NCBI GenBank assembly: GCA_035419245.1
Contig: DAOLSP010000018.1
Location: forward strand, 130 to 64,129
Origin: a bacterium
GTDB taxonomy: Bacteria > Zhuqueibacterota > Zhuqueibacteria > Residuimicrobiales > Residuimicrobiaceae
DNA: 64,000 nucleotides
Direction of reading: 5' to 3'
Part shown: piece by piece, positions 45,668 through 54,507 of the stretch
Position numbering within the stretch: the first letter of the stretch is position 1
Layout of the letters: every line of letters starts with the position of its first letter
Notes under the pieces: generated by a model
What the model saw: only the letters and a program-made list of their open reading frames with translations
Databases searched by the model: none
Told to the model about the DNA's origin: nothing
Translations under genes and position numbers: made by a program

Positions 45668-47287
45668 TCAGGCCTCCGCCGTCCGGCTGAACCGCATCCG
45701 CTCGAAATACTCGAGGCTCTGCGGGGCATAGTAGCGGTCGGTCCAGTGATCGTTCGGTGCGAGCACCAGCCGGCCGGCGGGACCGCGGCCGCCCGTGGCT
45801 TTGGTGTTGTAGCGGAAACGGTAATGGTCATAGAGCCGCATCATCTCGGTCACATAGATGTCGGCCACAGCCGTCTCGCGGCTGACAATCAGCAGGTTCT
45901 CATCGTTGCTCGCCGAGGCGCTGCGCGAGAAATTGTTCGATCCGGTGATGATCGTCGGCTCCTCCGAGCTGAAATCGGTGATGATGGTCTTGAGATGGAT
46001 GAGGATGTTTCCCTCCTGACCGGCGATCGATTCCCGGAGAAATCCCTCCAGTCCCTTGTTCAGGAAAGCCGGCGTGACGAAACGGGCGTGACGGTGCGTG
46101 CCGGTGATCCGCGATTTGCTGTTCTGCAGCCCGTAGCGGATGACGTGGCTCTCCTCCTCGCCCAGCAAGGCCTCCTCGATGCCATCCAGCAGGTTGAAGG
46201 CGGTGCAAAAGACCAGATCGCGCTGCGCTCGCTGGATGATTTCGATCACCTCGGCGAGATCGGTCAGGTGGGAACGCGGGCTGAAGAGCACCTGCGGGCT
46301 GAGGCCACCGACGGCGGGATTGACGCGGTTGATATACGTGCGGGTATCGCCGGGGGGTGTGCCGGCGAAGAGCTTGTCGAAGAGTTCGAGATAGCGGCCG
46401 GCGATGGTGGCATCCTCCATGATGTGGAGGACGTTGGCCTGGCGGTAGACGGCATTAGCGGTGAAGTTGGTTGAGCCGGTGAGGACCGCTTGGGGGGCGC
46501 AGCTGCCGTCGCCCTGGATGCGGCTGAGGACGCAGAACTTGTGATGGAAGATGGCGGAGGTGAGTCGGCTGGCCTTGACATAGCCGGGCAGGGGCTCGAG
46601 TGTCTGCTCGTTGAGCGTGGTCTGGGGATCCGCTGTGCGGGCGTGGTAGACGATGCGGACCCGGGCGCCGCGTGCCAGCGCCTGCGCCAGGGCGGCGGTG
46701 ACCTCCGGCAGCTCGACCTCGTAGACGGCGACATCGAGCGCCCACGAGGCATCGAGGGCCTGATCAAAAAAGGCGAGGAGACGCTCGTGCAGGCCGCGGG
46801 AGAGCCACTTGCGCGCGGCCTCCTGGCCGGGATCATCCGGATTGACATTGCCGAAGCGGCGGGCGTAGGCCTGGCTGGCGGCTGCAGCGCGGTTGAAGAT
46901 GATCTGGTGCGTCCCCTGTTGCAGCGATTCGGTCGTCAGGCTCACTTCGGGCCCTTCGATGTAGCGGAGCTTGCCCGGCCGGCCGTAGACGCCGTAAACC
47001 TGATAGCGGTAAGGCGTGGCCGGATAGACCGCATAATCGGACCAGCGGTATTTCTGGATGGGACCGAGGTTGCTGTCGACCGGCGTGTTGAGGTCGGCGG
47101 TTTCACCGGGGAAGCGCAGCAGCCCCTGGAGCCAGCGCACGCGGCCGCTTGCCGGCCCCTCGCGTTCGATGGCGAAGCCGAGGAGGCCCTTGCGGCGGGC
47201 GCTCGAGGTGTTCATGGCCAGCAGGACGCCGGTGGTGCCGGCATAGGCCTGCAGCGTCAAACCGTTCTTCTTGGCGCGGGCGCGCAT
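45668..47287 (-). CDS. Phospholipase D superfamily protein with two HKD motifs.
   Basis: HHKFCVLSRIQGDGSCAPQAVLTGSTNFT and IHLKTIITDFSSEEPTIITGSNNFS, both HxK...D...GSxN. Confidence 0.75.
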   Translation of the reverse strand: MRARAKKNGLTLQAYAGTTGVLLAMNTSSARRKGLLGFAIEREGPASGRVRWLQGLLRFPGETADLNTPVDSNLGPIQKYRWSDYAVYPATPYRYQVYGVYGRPGKLRYIEGPEVSLTTESLQQGTHQIIFNRAAAASQAYARRFGNVNPDDPGQEAARKWLSRGLHERLLAFFDQALDASWALDVAVYEVELPEVTAALAQALARGARVRIVYHARTADPQTTLNEQTLEPLPGYVKASRLTSAIFHHKFCVLSRIQGDGSCAPQAVLTGSTNFTANAVYRQANVLHIMEDATIAGRYLELFDKLFAGTPPGDTRTYINRVNPAVGGLSPQVLFSPRSHLTDLAEVIEIIQRAQRDLVFCTAFNLLDGIEEALLGEEESHVIRYGLQNSKSRITGTHRHARFVTPAFLNKGLEGFLRESIAGQEGNILIHLKTIITDFSSEEPTIITGSNNFSRSASASNDENLLIVSRETAVADIYVTEMMRLYDHYRFRYNTKATGGRGPAGRLVLAPNDHWTDRYYAPQSLEYFERMRFSRTAEA

Positions 47288-47362
47288 TGCAGCCTCCCTT
47301 CCTCATCTCCCATGGTGCCGTGTTCCAGCCGGCTGTCCGGACTGGCCTCGGGCCCGGTGCGC

Positions 47363-48310
47363 TCAGCTCTTCGGCGCTTCGGGCATCGCCTTGCTGGTTT
47401 CGCTAAAGATCCGCGCCACGGTTGCGACGGTGCCGGCGACGTCGGTGAGGTTGGCCGGCAGGATCATGGTGTTGCTCTTGACCGCCAGTTTGCCGAATTC
47501 GTTGAGGTATTGTTCGGCGATGCGCAGGTTGACAGCGTCACTGCCGCCGGGCGCGGTGATGGCTGCCGCGATCTCGCGGATCCCGCGGGCGGTGGCCAGG
47601 GCGACGCGCTCGATCTCGGCGGCGCGGCCCTCGGCTTCATTGATCCGCTTCATTTTCTCGCCCTCGGAGCGGGCGATCGCTTCCTGCTTGTCACCCTCGG
47701 CGCGGTTGATCTTGGCCTGCTTATCGCCCTCCGACTCGGCGATCAGGGCGCGCTTCTCGCGCTCGGCACGCATCTGCTTCTCCATCGCATCTTTGATGCT
47801 CGGCGGCGGGACGATGTTCTTGATCTCATAGCGCGTCACCTTGAGGCCCCAGGGCAGCGAGGCCTTGTCAACGGCCGAGACGATCTCCGCGTTGATCTTT
47901 TCTCGCTCCTCGAAGGTCTTGTCGAGGTCGATCTTGCCGATCTCCGAGCGCATCGTCGTCTGCGCCAGCTGGATCGAGGCGAAGATGTAATCATTGACGC
48001 CGTAGGAGGCCTTGACCGGATCGATGATCAGATAATAGAGGATGCCGTCAACGTCGACCTGGATGTTGTCCTTGGTGATGCAGGACTGCTCAGGCACGTC
48101 GATGGCGTTCTCCTTGAGGGAGTGGATGTAGCGGATGCGGTCGATGAAGGGGATGAGGATATGGAATCCGGCCTCGAGGGTGCCACTGTATTTCCCAAGC
48201 CGCTCGACGATATAGACGGTTTTTTGCGGAACGACCTTGGCGGACCGGGTCAGGATGATGATCGCGAGGATGATGATGCCGATGAGGATCAGGGTTTCGG
48301 GTTGCAGCAT
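47363..48310 (-). CDS. SPFH/band-7 (stomatin/prohibitin-like) membrane protein.
   Basis: N-terminal TM LILIGIIILAIIIL, then SPFH core VVPQKTVYIVERLGKY...DVPEQSCITKDNIQVDVDGILYY and a coiled-coil C-terminus. Confidence 0.85.
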   Translation of the reverse strand: MLQPETLILIGIIILAIIILTRSAKVVPQKTVYIVERLGKYSGTLEAGFHILIPFIDRIRYIHSLKENAIDVPEQSCITKDNIQVDVDGILYYLIIDPVKASYGVNDYIFASIQLAQTTMRSEIGKIDLDKTFEEREKINAEIVSAVDKASLPWGLKVTRYEIKNIVPPPSIKDAMEKQMRAEREKRALIAESEGDKQAKINRAEGDKQEAIARSEGEKMKRINEAEGRAAEIERVALATARGIREIAAAITAPGGSDAVNLRIAEQYLNEFGKLAVKSNTMILPANLTDVAGTVATVARIFSETSKAMPEAPKS

Positions 48311-48371
48311 GGACTGCTCCTTTCAGCGAGGATACGATGGACCTGCATGGCGTCCGGAGATCCGGACGCCC

Positions 48372-48833
48372 TTACTTTTTTTGAGCCTGGACCACCAGGG
48401 TCAGATTGTCGCGCTTGAGGATGATGACTTTTTCGCCCGGGGCGAGGTGCTGGTCGGACTCGGCGTTCCAGAGGGTGCCGTGGAATTCCACCTTGCCCCC
48501 CGGCTGACCCGGTTCGATCGTCTGCGCCACTTCGGCGCCTTGGCCGATGAAATCGTCCAGCGATTCATACGGGCCGAGTTTGCCCGATTTTTTGCCCTCA
48601 AAAATCGCCTTGCCCTTTTTACGGAAGAGAACGAGCGAGGCCACCGAGGCGAGGAGAAAGACGATCAGCTGGGCATTGAAGGAGCGGATCAATCCGATCT
48701 CCAGCAGGAGGCAAGTCACCCAGGCCCCGACGCCGAAAAAGATGACGATGAAGCCGGGCAGGGCCAGCTCGGTGAGGATGAGAAAAAAGCCGATTAGAAA
48801 CCACGCCACAACGGCGCTGTCGATCCCGTACAT
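48372..48833 (-). CDS. NfeD-family membrane protein (stomatin operon partner).
   Basis: Two to three TM helices, then a C-terminal OB-fold region EVAQTIEPGQPGGKVEFHGTLWNAESDQHLAPGEKVIILKRDNLTLVV. It lies upstream of the SPFH gene on the same strand. The ORF track starts at 48971; the Met at 48833 precedes the TM region. Confidence 0.75.
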   Translation of the reverse strand: MYGIDSAVVAWFLIGFFLILTELALPGFIVIFFGVGAWVTCLLLEIGLIRSFNAQLIVFLLASVASLVLFRKKGKAIFEGKKSGKLGPYESLDDFIGQGAEVAQTIEPGQPGGKVEFHGTLWNAESDQHLAPGEKVIILKRDNLTLVVQAQKK

Positions 48834-49063
48834 GGTGCTCTCCTTATCGATCCATACCTGGTCAATTCCGACTTCTGGTTCCCACCTGACGCCCCGGCCG
48901 CTATCCTCTGGCTCCCACCTGACACCGCATCCGCAGGCTCCAATTCCACCATCTTCACGCCGAGGCTGCAATCCTATTTCATGGGGCTTTCAAGATATTT
49001 TCTTGCATCTGTTCAAAAAAGTATGTAAAATAAAAGCTGATAAAAATGCAAAAGGGAGTCTCT

Positions 49064-49630
49064 ATGGCTGCAATTTCCGAGTTCCGCAATGGCATGGCTA
49101 TCCGGTTCAACAACGATATCTGGATTATCACCGAGTTTCAGCATGTCACCCCGGGTAACTGGCGGGCGATGGTCCGCACCAAGCTCAAGAACGCCAAGAC
49201 CGGGCGGGTGATCGACAACACCTTCCGTATGACTGACAACATTGAGGCGGTGCGCCTCGACGAGAAGGAGATGCAGTATCTCTACGAATCCGACGGCAAT
49301 CTCTATTTCATGGATACCGAGACCTACGATCAGACCTTCATTCCCACCGAGATGCTCGGCGACCAGACCCGTTTTCTCAAGGAGGGCGGGATGTGCTTCA
49401 TCCGCTTCCTCGAGGGTGTGGCGCTGACGGCGGAGCTTCCAAATTTCATCGATTTCAATGTCATCGAAGCCGAACCCGGTGTGCGCGGTGATTCGGCCTC
49501 GAATGTCACCAAGTATTGTACGATCGAAACGGGCGCCAAGATCCTCGTCCCGCTCTTCATCAAGGAGGGCGATGTGATCAAGATCGATACCCGCACCGGC
49601 AAGTACCTCGAGAGGGTTGCGCGCGGCTGA
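49064..49630 (+). CDS. efp: Elongation factor P.
   Basis: Colinear with EF-P: ...VTPGNWRAMVRTKLKNAKTGRVIDNTFR...YLYESDGNLYFMDTETYDQ...KILVPLFIKEGDVIKIDTRTGKYLERV. Confidence 0.9.
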   Translation: MAAISEFRNGMAIRFNNDIWIITEFQHVTPGNWRAMVRTKLKNAKTGRVIDNTFRMTDNIEAVRLDEKEMQYLYESDGNLYFMDTETYDQTFIPTEMLGDQTRFLKEGGMCFIRFLEGVALTAELPNFIDFNVIEAEPGVRGDSASNVTKYCTIETGAKILVPLFIKEGDVIKIDTRTGKYLERVARG

Positions 49631-49827
49631 TCCCTGCCTTGTACCCCGATCGTATACCCTCGCTCCCACCCGGCCGGCTGCCGACGCACCGGCCCCTGAA
49701 TCTCGCTCCCACCCGGCCGGCTGCATCTGCGGCACGGTCACCCGCCTGTGGCACCGGCGCTCAGCTGCAGTTCTCTGCCCAACTCCCGATTCACACCTAA
49801 CCGCCAAATTCTCGCTATCATCGGCCT

Positions 49828-50268
49828 CTATCTGTCCTCCCGGACCATCAGATAATGGTCGATCTTCGCCTCCTGGAACATCTCACCCTTCGGCTCAAAG
49901 CCGTGCATCCGGTAAAATTCGACAAGATGGGCCTGGGCATGCATCTTGAACTTGTGAAATCCCTTTTCCCGGGCGATTTTTAGCATATATTCGACCAATT
50001 CATGCCCCAATCCGCGGCCGCGCCAACCCTTGCGCACCGCGATTCGTTCCAGTTTGGCGTATTCGCCAAGAAAGCGCATCCGCGCAGCGGCCATCGGTTC
50101 ACCCTCCATTTCGCCGAGGATGTGCAGGGCGCTATACTCCAAGTCATCCACTTCGTCAGCATAGGCGACCTGCTGCTCCTCGAGGAAAACGATGGCGCGC
50201 ACCATCAGGGCTTTCGAAAAATCGTCAAGAGTGGTGCAAAGGTGGAAAACCGGATGTTCGACAGTCAT
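49828..50268 (-). CDS. GNAT-family acetyltransferase.
   Basis: RMRFLGEYAKLERIAVRKGWRGRGLGHELVEYMLKIAREKGF (motif A). Its ATG overlaps the stop of the upstream methyltransferase (ATGA). The ORF track extends it N-terminally through the repeat region to 50682. Confidence 0.7.
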   Translation of the reverse strand: MTVEHPVFHLCTTLDDFSKALMVRAIVFLEEQQVAYADEVDDLEYSALHILGEMEGEPMAAARMRFLGEYAKLERIAVRKGWRGRGLGHELVEYMLKIAREKGFHKFKMHAQAHLVEFYRMHGFEPKGEMFQEAKIDHYLMVREDR

Positions 50269-51770
50269 TTTTCGGCTTCCTTTCTTCCTGGTCCACGTTG
50301 GGCATCCGGCCGCCTGATCGGGTGCTTGCCCGGGCGCCTCGCCGGGTGGGAGCCAGAGCGCGGGGCGGGTCTGCGCGGGCGCGCCGGCTTGCCGCTGCCA
50401 TCTTGGGGGTGGGCGCCAGAGCGCGGGGCGGGTCTGCGCGGGCGTACTGGTTTGCCGCTGCCATTTTGGGGGTGGGAGCGAGACCGGTGGGCCGGCCGGC
50501 CGGCGTTTTCCGGACGCGGCAGTGCAGCCTGCTGCGGCGGCGCGGCAGGGCGCGGCGTAAAAAGCACGCAGGTCTCGAGATTGGCCGTGCCGGGAAAGAG
50601 ATCCAGTGGCACCACCCGATCGATCCGGTAGCCTGCGCTCAGCCAAGAGGGCACCTCGCGCGGCAGTTGCTCGATGCCGCAAAAAATGTGGACCACCGCG
50701 GCGGGACGGCGCGCAGCGAGCGTTTCGATCACCCCCTTCTCCGTCCCCTGGCGCGGCGGATCGAGGACAACATACTCCTTCCGCTCGGGGGCTTCCGGCA
50801 AGAGCCGCCGCAAAGTCCGTCCGTCTATAGCCGTTGTGGTGAAAACAACATTCGCCCCGGGGAGTAAATGCCGCAGATTCTCCTCCGCTGCCCGAATGCC
50901 CCCCGGTGCGGCATCGAAACCAGCCACGCCGTGGTATCCCGCCACGAGGCTCAATCCGAAGAGACCATACCCGCAGTAGAGGTCGAGCAGTATCCCCTCG
51001 GGATCCTGCGGCAGCAGGCCGCGCACCGTCCGGACCAAATCCGGCACGATGGCGAGGTTGACCTGTGAGAAACCGGTAGGGGCATAATGAAATCGCCGGC
51101 TCTCGACCTCGACGCTGAGCGTCTCCGGACCGAAGAGTTTTTTAAAATGGAGCGGGGCGTCAGGCCGGCGGCTCTCGAAATAATAGTCGGAACGCGAGGG
51201 ATCGAGAAACATAAAAGCCGAAAGGATGGGGATGGGACTGGCCTGGAGGTGTTCGGCGAGGAGTTTCCCCTTGCGGATCACCTCGGCGTCGAACTGATCC
51301 ACGTTGAAAATGACGCTGTGCTGCTCATAGGTGCCGCGGATGATGATAAAGTTGACGTGCCGGGCGAACTCGCGGTAGGCCGGCTTTTCGAGATAGCCGA
51401 GGAGCAGGGTATAGATTTGCCGGTGCGCCTCGGGTTCAAGCAGCACCAGGTGCGCCTGCTCGGGAAGGGCCTCGAGTTCGATGTGGTCCAGTTCGGCGGT
51501 CACCCGGCCTTCGCGAATCTCGATGCGCCGCTTGCTGGTGGTGCGGTAATGGCGTGGCAGCGGCGAGGGGACGATCCGCTCCGGTTTGCCGGGGAGGCGA
51601 TGCTGCTCCCAGAACTGCTCGAAAGCGCCCTGCTTGACCTCCAGCTCGGTCGCATAGTCGAGCGGCAGGAGGGAGGTGGCCTTGTGGCGGCGGAGGTGCT
51701 GCGCCAAGCTGCGGTTGAAATCGAAGCGGCCGGAAACCGGCAGTGCAGGTATCTCGGTGCGAAGGGGCAC
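50265..51770 (-). CDS. Class I SAM-dependent RNA (uracil-5)-methyltransferase-like protein (RumA/TrmA family) with a C-terminal Pro/Arg-rich repeat tail.
   Basis: SAM-binding LDLYCGYGLFGLSLA...VAGFD, and the VLDPPRQG motif. The tail ...SHPQNGSGKPVRPRRPAPRSGAHPQDGSGKPARPRRPAPRSG is encoded by a 63-bp tandem repeat. Confidence 0.7.
   Translation of the reverse strand: MPLRTEIPALPVSGRFDFNRSLAQHLRRHKATSLLPLDYATELEVKQGAFEQFWEQHRLPGKPERIVPSPLPRHYRTTSKRRIEIREGRVTAELDHIELEALPEQAHLVLLEPEAHRQIYTLLLGYLEKPAYREFARHVNFIIIRGTYEQHSVIFNVDQFDAEVIRKGKLLAEHLQASPIPILSAFMFLDPSRSDYYFESRRPDAPLHFKKLFGPETLSVEVESRRFHYAPTGFSQVNLAIVPDLVRTVRGLLPQDPEGILLDLYCGYGLFGLSLVAGYHGVAGFDAAPGGIRAAEENLRHLLPGANVVFTTTAIDGRTLRRLLPEAPERKEYVVLDPPRQGTEKGVIETLAARRPAAVVHIFCGIEQLPREVPSWLSAGYRIDRVVPLDLFPGTANLETCVLFTPRPAAPPQQAALPRPENAGRPAHRSRSHPQNGSGKPVRPRRPAPRSGAHPQDGSGKPARPRRPAPRSGSHPARRPGKHPIRRPDAQRGPGRKEAEK
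50344..50487. repeat. 63-bp tandem direct repeat (2 copies plus a partial), in-frame within the methyltransferase 3' end.
   Basis: gggtgggagccagagcgcggggcgggtctgcgcgggcgcgccggcttgccgctgccatcttgg / gggtgggcgccagagcgcggggcgggtctgcgcgggcgtactggtttgccgctgccattttgg / gggtgggagcgaga... Confidence 0.8.
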
Positions 51771-51794
51771 GGTTTTTCCTTTGGTTAACGGACC

Positions 51795-54113
51795 CTATTT
51801 CAACAGGGTGACCTTGAGCATCTGCGCCCTGGCGCCGCTGCGCAGCCGGACCAGATAGAGGCCGCTGGCTGCGCTGCGGCTGTCCCAGACCTGCTCGAAA
51901 TGGCCGGCCGGGCGCATTCCGCGGTACAGCGTCTCAACCACCTCGCCGCGCAGGTTGAGGAGATCGAGGTGGACCTCCGCGGCCTGGCTCAAATCATAGC
52001 TGATGACCGTCCGGCTGTTGAAGGGGTTCGGGTAAGCAGCGGTGAGGCGGAAGCTCCCGGGGCGGGCAGCCTCCTCCTGCGGCTGTTTGACGGCGCTGAC
52101 CGTGCCGCCCGTGATGCTGTAGGACAAATAGCGCAGGATCAGCTCGCCGGCGACCTTCTTTTTGGTGACGCGGTCCATATGATAGAGCCCCATCGTCTGC
52201 CAGCTGTCGTTGCCTTGGGTGTGGGAGTACCAGTCGAAGGCGCACCACCAGGTGGCGGCCATGAGCATGCCGCTGTCGCGGACGGTGCCGGTGCGGGTCA
52301 CAGCGCTGCGCGCCTCGAGTTCGGTGAAGGTGTCCTTGAAAACCTTGACCTGCGTCGCTTCCGAACTGCCGTCGGGGGTGGACCAGTAGCCGTATTCGGT
52401 GCAGAGGGCGGGTTTGTCCGGCCAGGCAGTGGCGACCTTGGTGAGGAAACTGGCGGTGCCGGAGCCGTAGGCACCGCCATGGAAGATGCCGAAGTACATG
52501 GTCCAGCCCATCACATCACAGGCGCCTTGGGAAGCGTCGTTAGCCCCGGGCCGGTCGGCGGCGGCGGACTGGGTGACGAAGCGGCCATCGGGGTAGAGAC
52601 TGTCAAGCTCGGCATTGACGCGCTCGATGAAGATCTTGCGGTGGTCGACGTCAAGGCATTCGTTGCAGGTGCTCCAGAGATAGATGCTCGGCCGGTTGTA
52701 ATCGCGGAAGACCATCTCGCGCCACATCTGCTCATGGATGTGGCGCACGTTGTTCTGGATATCCCAGGCCTCCTGATCGTCAAACCACCAGACCGGGATC
52801 TCCTCCTCAATGGCCAGACCGAGGCGGTCGGCGAAGAGATAGGTCGCGGGATGATTGGGATAATGCGCCGTGCGCACGAACTGGACGGCCAGGCTCTTTT
52901 TGAGGAGCTGCATGTCGGAGAAGATCTTGGCTACCGGAATGCTGCGGCCGTAATCGGGGCTGTCCTCGTGCCGCGCCACGCCGGTATAAAAGATCGGCTT
53001 GCCGTTGACCAGCACCTTGTTGCCGCTGGTGGCCAGGGTGCGGAGCCCGAACTGGGAGTGGAAGCGGTCGATAATTTTGCCGTCCCGGCGCAGAGTGACG
53101 CGGAGGATGTAGATATTCGGGTTTTTGGGCGTCCAAAGGGCGGGATCGGCAATCTGCAGGCTCGTCTGCCAGACCCGGCAGTTATAAACCGGAATTTCGA
53201 GCGTCGTCTCGGCCGTGCCGGAGAAGGCGGCGGGCTCGCCGATAAGGTCCGCGGCCTGCTCGCTTGCCTGGTTGGCGGCCGTGACGTTGGCCTTGAAGAT
53301 CTCGAGGGTGGCGGTAGCGCTCTGGGCGTTCTCGCTCTGGTTGCCGATCACCGTGCGGATCAGCAACTCGCCGGTTGTCGATTGCGGTACGGCCTGGCAG
53401 CGGACAATGCTGACCGGGTCGGTGGCCTCGAGGTAGAGGTCATGAATGACCCCGGTGTAATTGAACCAGTCGACCTTGACGAAGGGGACGATATCCTTGC
53501 GGGAGCCCCAAGCCGGGTTGTCGATGCGCAAGGCGATGGTGTTGTCGGTGCCATAATTGAGGACGGCCGAGACATCGAAGGCGAAGGGCGTATAACCGCC
53601 CTCGTGGTAGCCGATGTATTCACCGTTGATCCAGACGTCGGCGACGTAATTGACAGCGTAGAAGATCAGCTTGATGTAGCGGCCGCGGAGGCTGTCGGGA
53701 ACTGAGAAAGTGCGGCGGTACCATACCCCGTCCTCGTAGAATTCGGGCTGCACCTCATAGGCATTCATCCGGTTCTCGACAGCCGGGAGGGTGATGACCG
53801 GCCAGGCGCTGTCGTTATAATCGCGGCCTTCGCGCCCCATGGACTCGCTGAGGATGCCGGGCATTGCGGCAGCGCGGTTGCTCAGGGTCAGGGCGTCGTT
53901 GGCGGCAAAGCGTTTCTTGCGCCAGGTGCCGGCAAGGGAGATTGTGGGGCGCTGCTGTTTTTCAAAGGCCGGCATGGGCATGTTGTTTTGATAGGGGACC
54001 GTGACCCCGTCCACCGTGCGCAGTTCGAGTGTGGGCTCGAGGGTGGCGGTTTGGCTCTGGCACGCGACGGCGGCGAGCAGGAAGAGGCTGGTCAGGAGCG
54101 TCATGGGTTTCAT
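51795..54113 (-). CDS. Glycoside hydrolase family 2-like enzyme (beta-galactosidase/glucuronidase/mannosidase type) with a T9SS C-terminal domain.
   Basis: Signal peptide MKPMTLLTSLFLLAAVAC. GH2 sugar-binding motif WINGEYIGYHEGGYTPFAFDVS. TIM-barrel acid/base region YLWSTCNEC. C-terminal AAYPNPFNSRTVISYDL...GLYLVRL. Confidence 0.75.
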   Translation of the reverse strand: MKPMTLLTSLFLLAAVACQSQTATLEPTLELRTVDGVTVPYQNNMPMPAFEKQQRPTISLAGTWRKKRFAANDALTLSNRAAAMPGILSESMGREGRDYNDSAWPVITLPAVENRMNAYEVQPEFYEDGVWYRRTFSVPDSLRGRYIKLIFYAVNYVADVWINGEYIGYHEGGYTPFAFDVSAVLNYGTDNTIALRIDNPAWGSRKDIVPFVKVDWFNYTGVIHDLYLEATDPVSIVRCQAVPQSTTGELLIRTVIGNQSENAQSATATLEIFKANVTAANQASEQAADLIGEPAAFSGTAETTLEIPVYNCRVWQTSLQIADPALWTPKNPNIYILRVTLRRDGKIIDRFHSQFGLRTLATSGNKVLVNGKPIFYTGVARHEDSPDYGRSIPVAKIFSDMQLLKKSLAVQFVRTAHYPNHPATYLFADRLGLAIEEEIPVWWFDDQEAWDIQNNVRHIHEQMWREMVFRDYNRPSIYLWSTCNECLDVDHRKIFIERVNAELDSLYPDGRFVTQSAAADRPGANDASQGACDVMGWTMYFGIFHGGAYGSGTASFLTKVATAWPDKPALCTEYGYWSTPDGSSEATQVKVFKDTFTELEARSAVTRTGTVRDSGMLMAATWWCAFDWYSHTQGNDSWQTMGLYHMDRVTKKKVAGELILRYLSYSITGGTVSAVKQPQEEAARPGSFRLTAAYPNPFNSRTVISYDLSQAAEVHLDLLNLRGEVVETLYRGMRPAGHFEQVWDSRSAASGLYLVRLRSGARAQMLKVTLLK

Positions 54114-54507
54114 GGATGGGCCCTTTGCAGAGGGTTAATGGCGCTGCGGAGGATAACAGTGATAATATACGAGATTTGCAGGAGAATAAAAAATAAAAAT
54201 AGCAGGGAAGGGGGTTGCGGTCGATGAGGTGGGCCCGAGCGGTGGCGCCAGCCGGGTCGGTAGGAGAGGAGGGCGGGCTCCCGCGCCCACCCGGAAACGG
54301 CATGGGCCTCGGCTGCTGCGGTGACGGGCGCGGTCGAGAGGAATGTGGCACACGGTTTGCCAGCTTTGCAGCGTACCAGGGCCGCCTTAATTCCTGGTGC
54401 TGTAAATAAAGAGATTAAGCACATAATTAACGCGCCGGGGGTTTCAGAAGCCGGCGCCGTTGTCATCCTGAAGTGACAGGTGTCAGCTTTTTATGGGAGG
54501 AGCGTTG

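Noticed and set aside
49828-50682. Full 284-aa version of the GNAT ORF, including an N-terminal Pro/Arg-rich repeat region.
   Set aside because: The N-terminal 138 aa read the 63-bp tandem repeat of the upstream methyltransferase in another frame. The GNAT domain begins at the Met at 50268, which forms an ATGA overlap with the methyltransferase stop.
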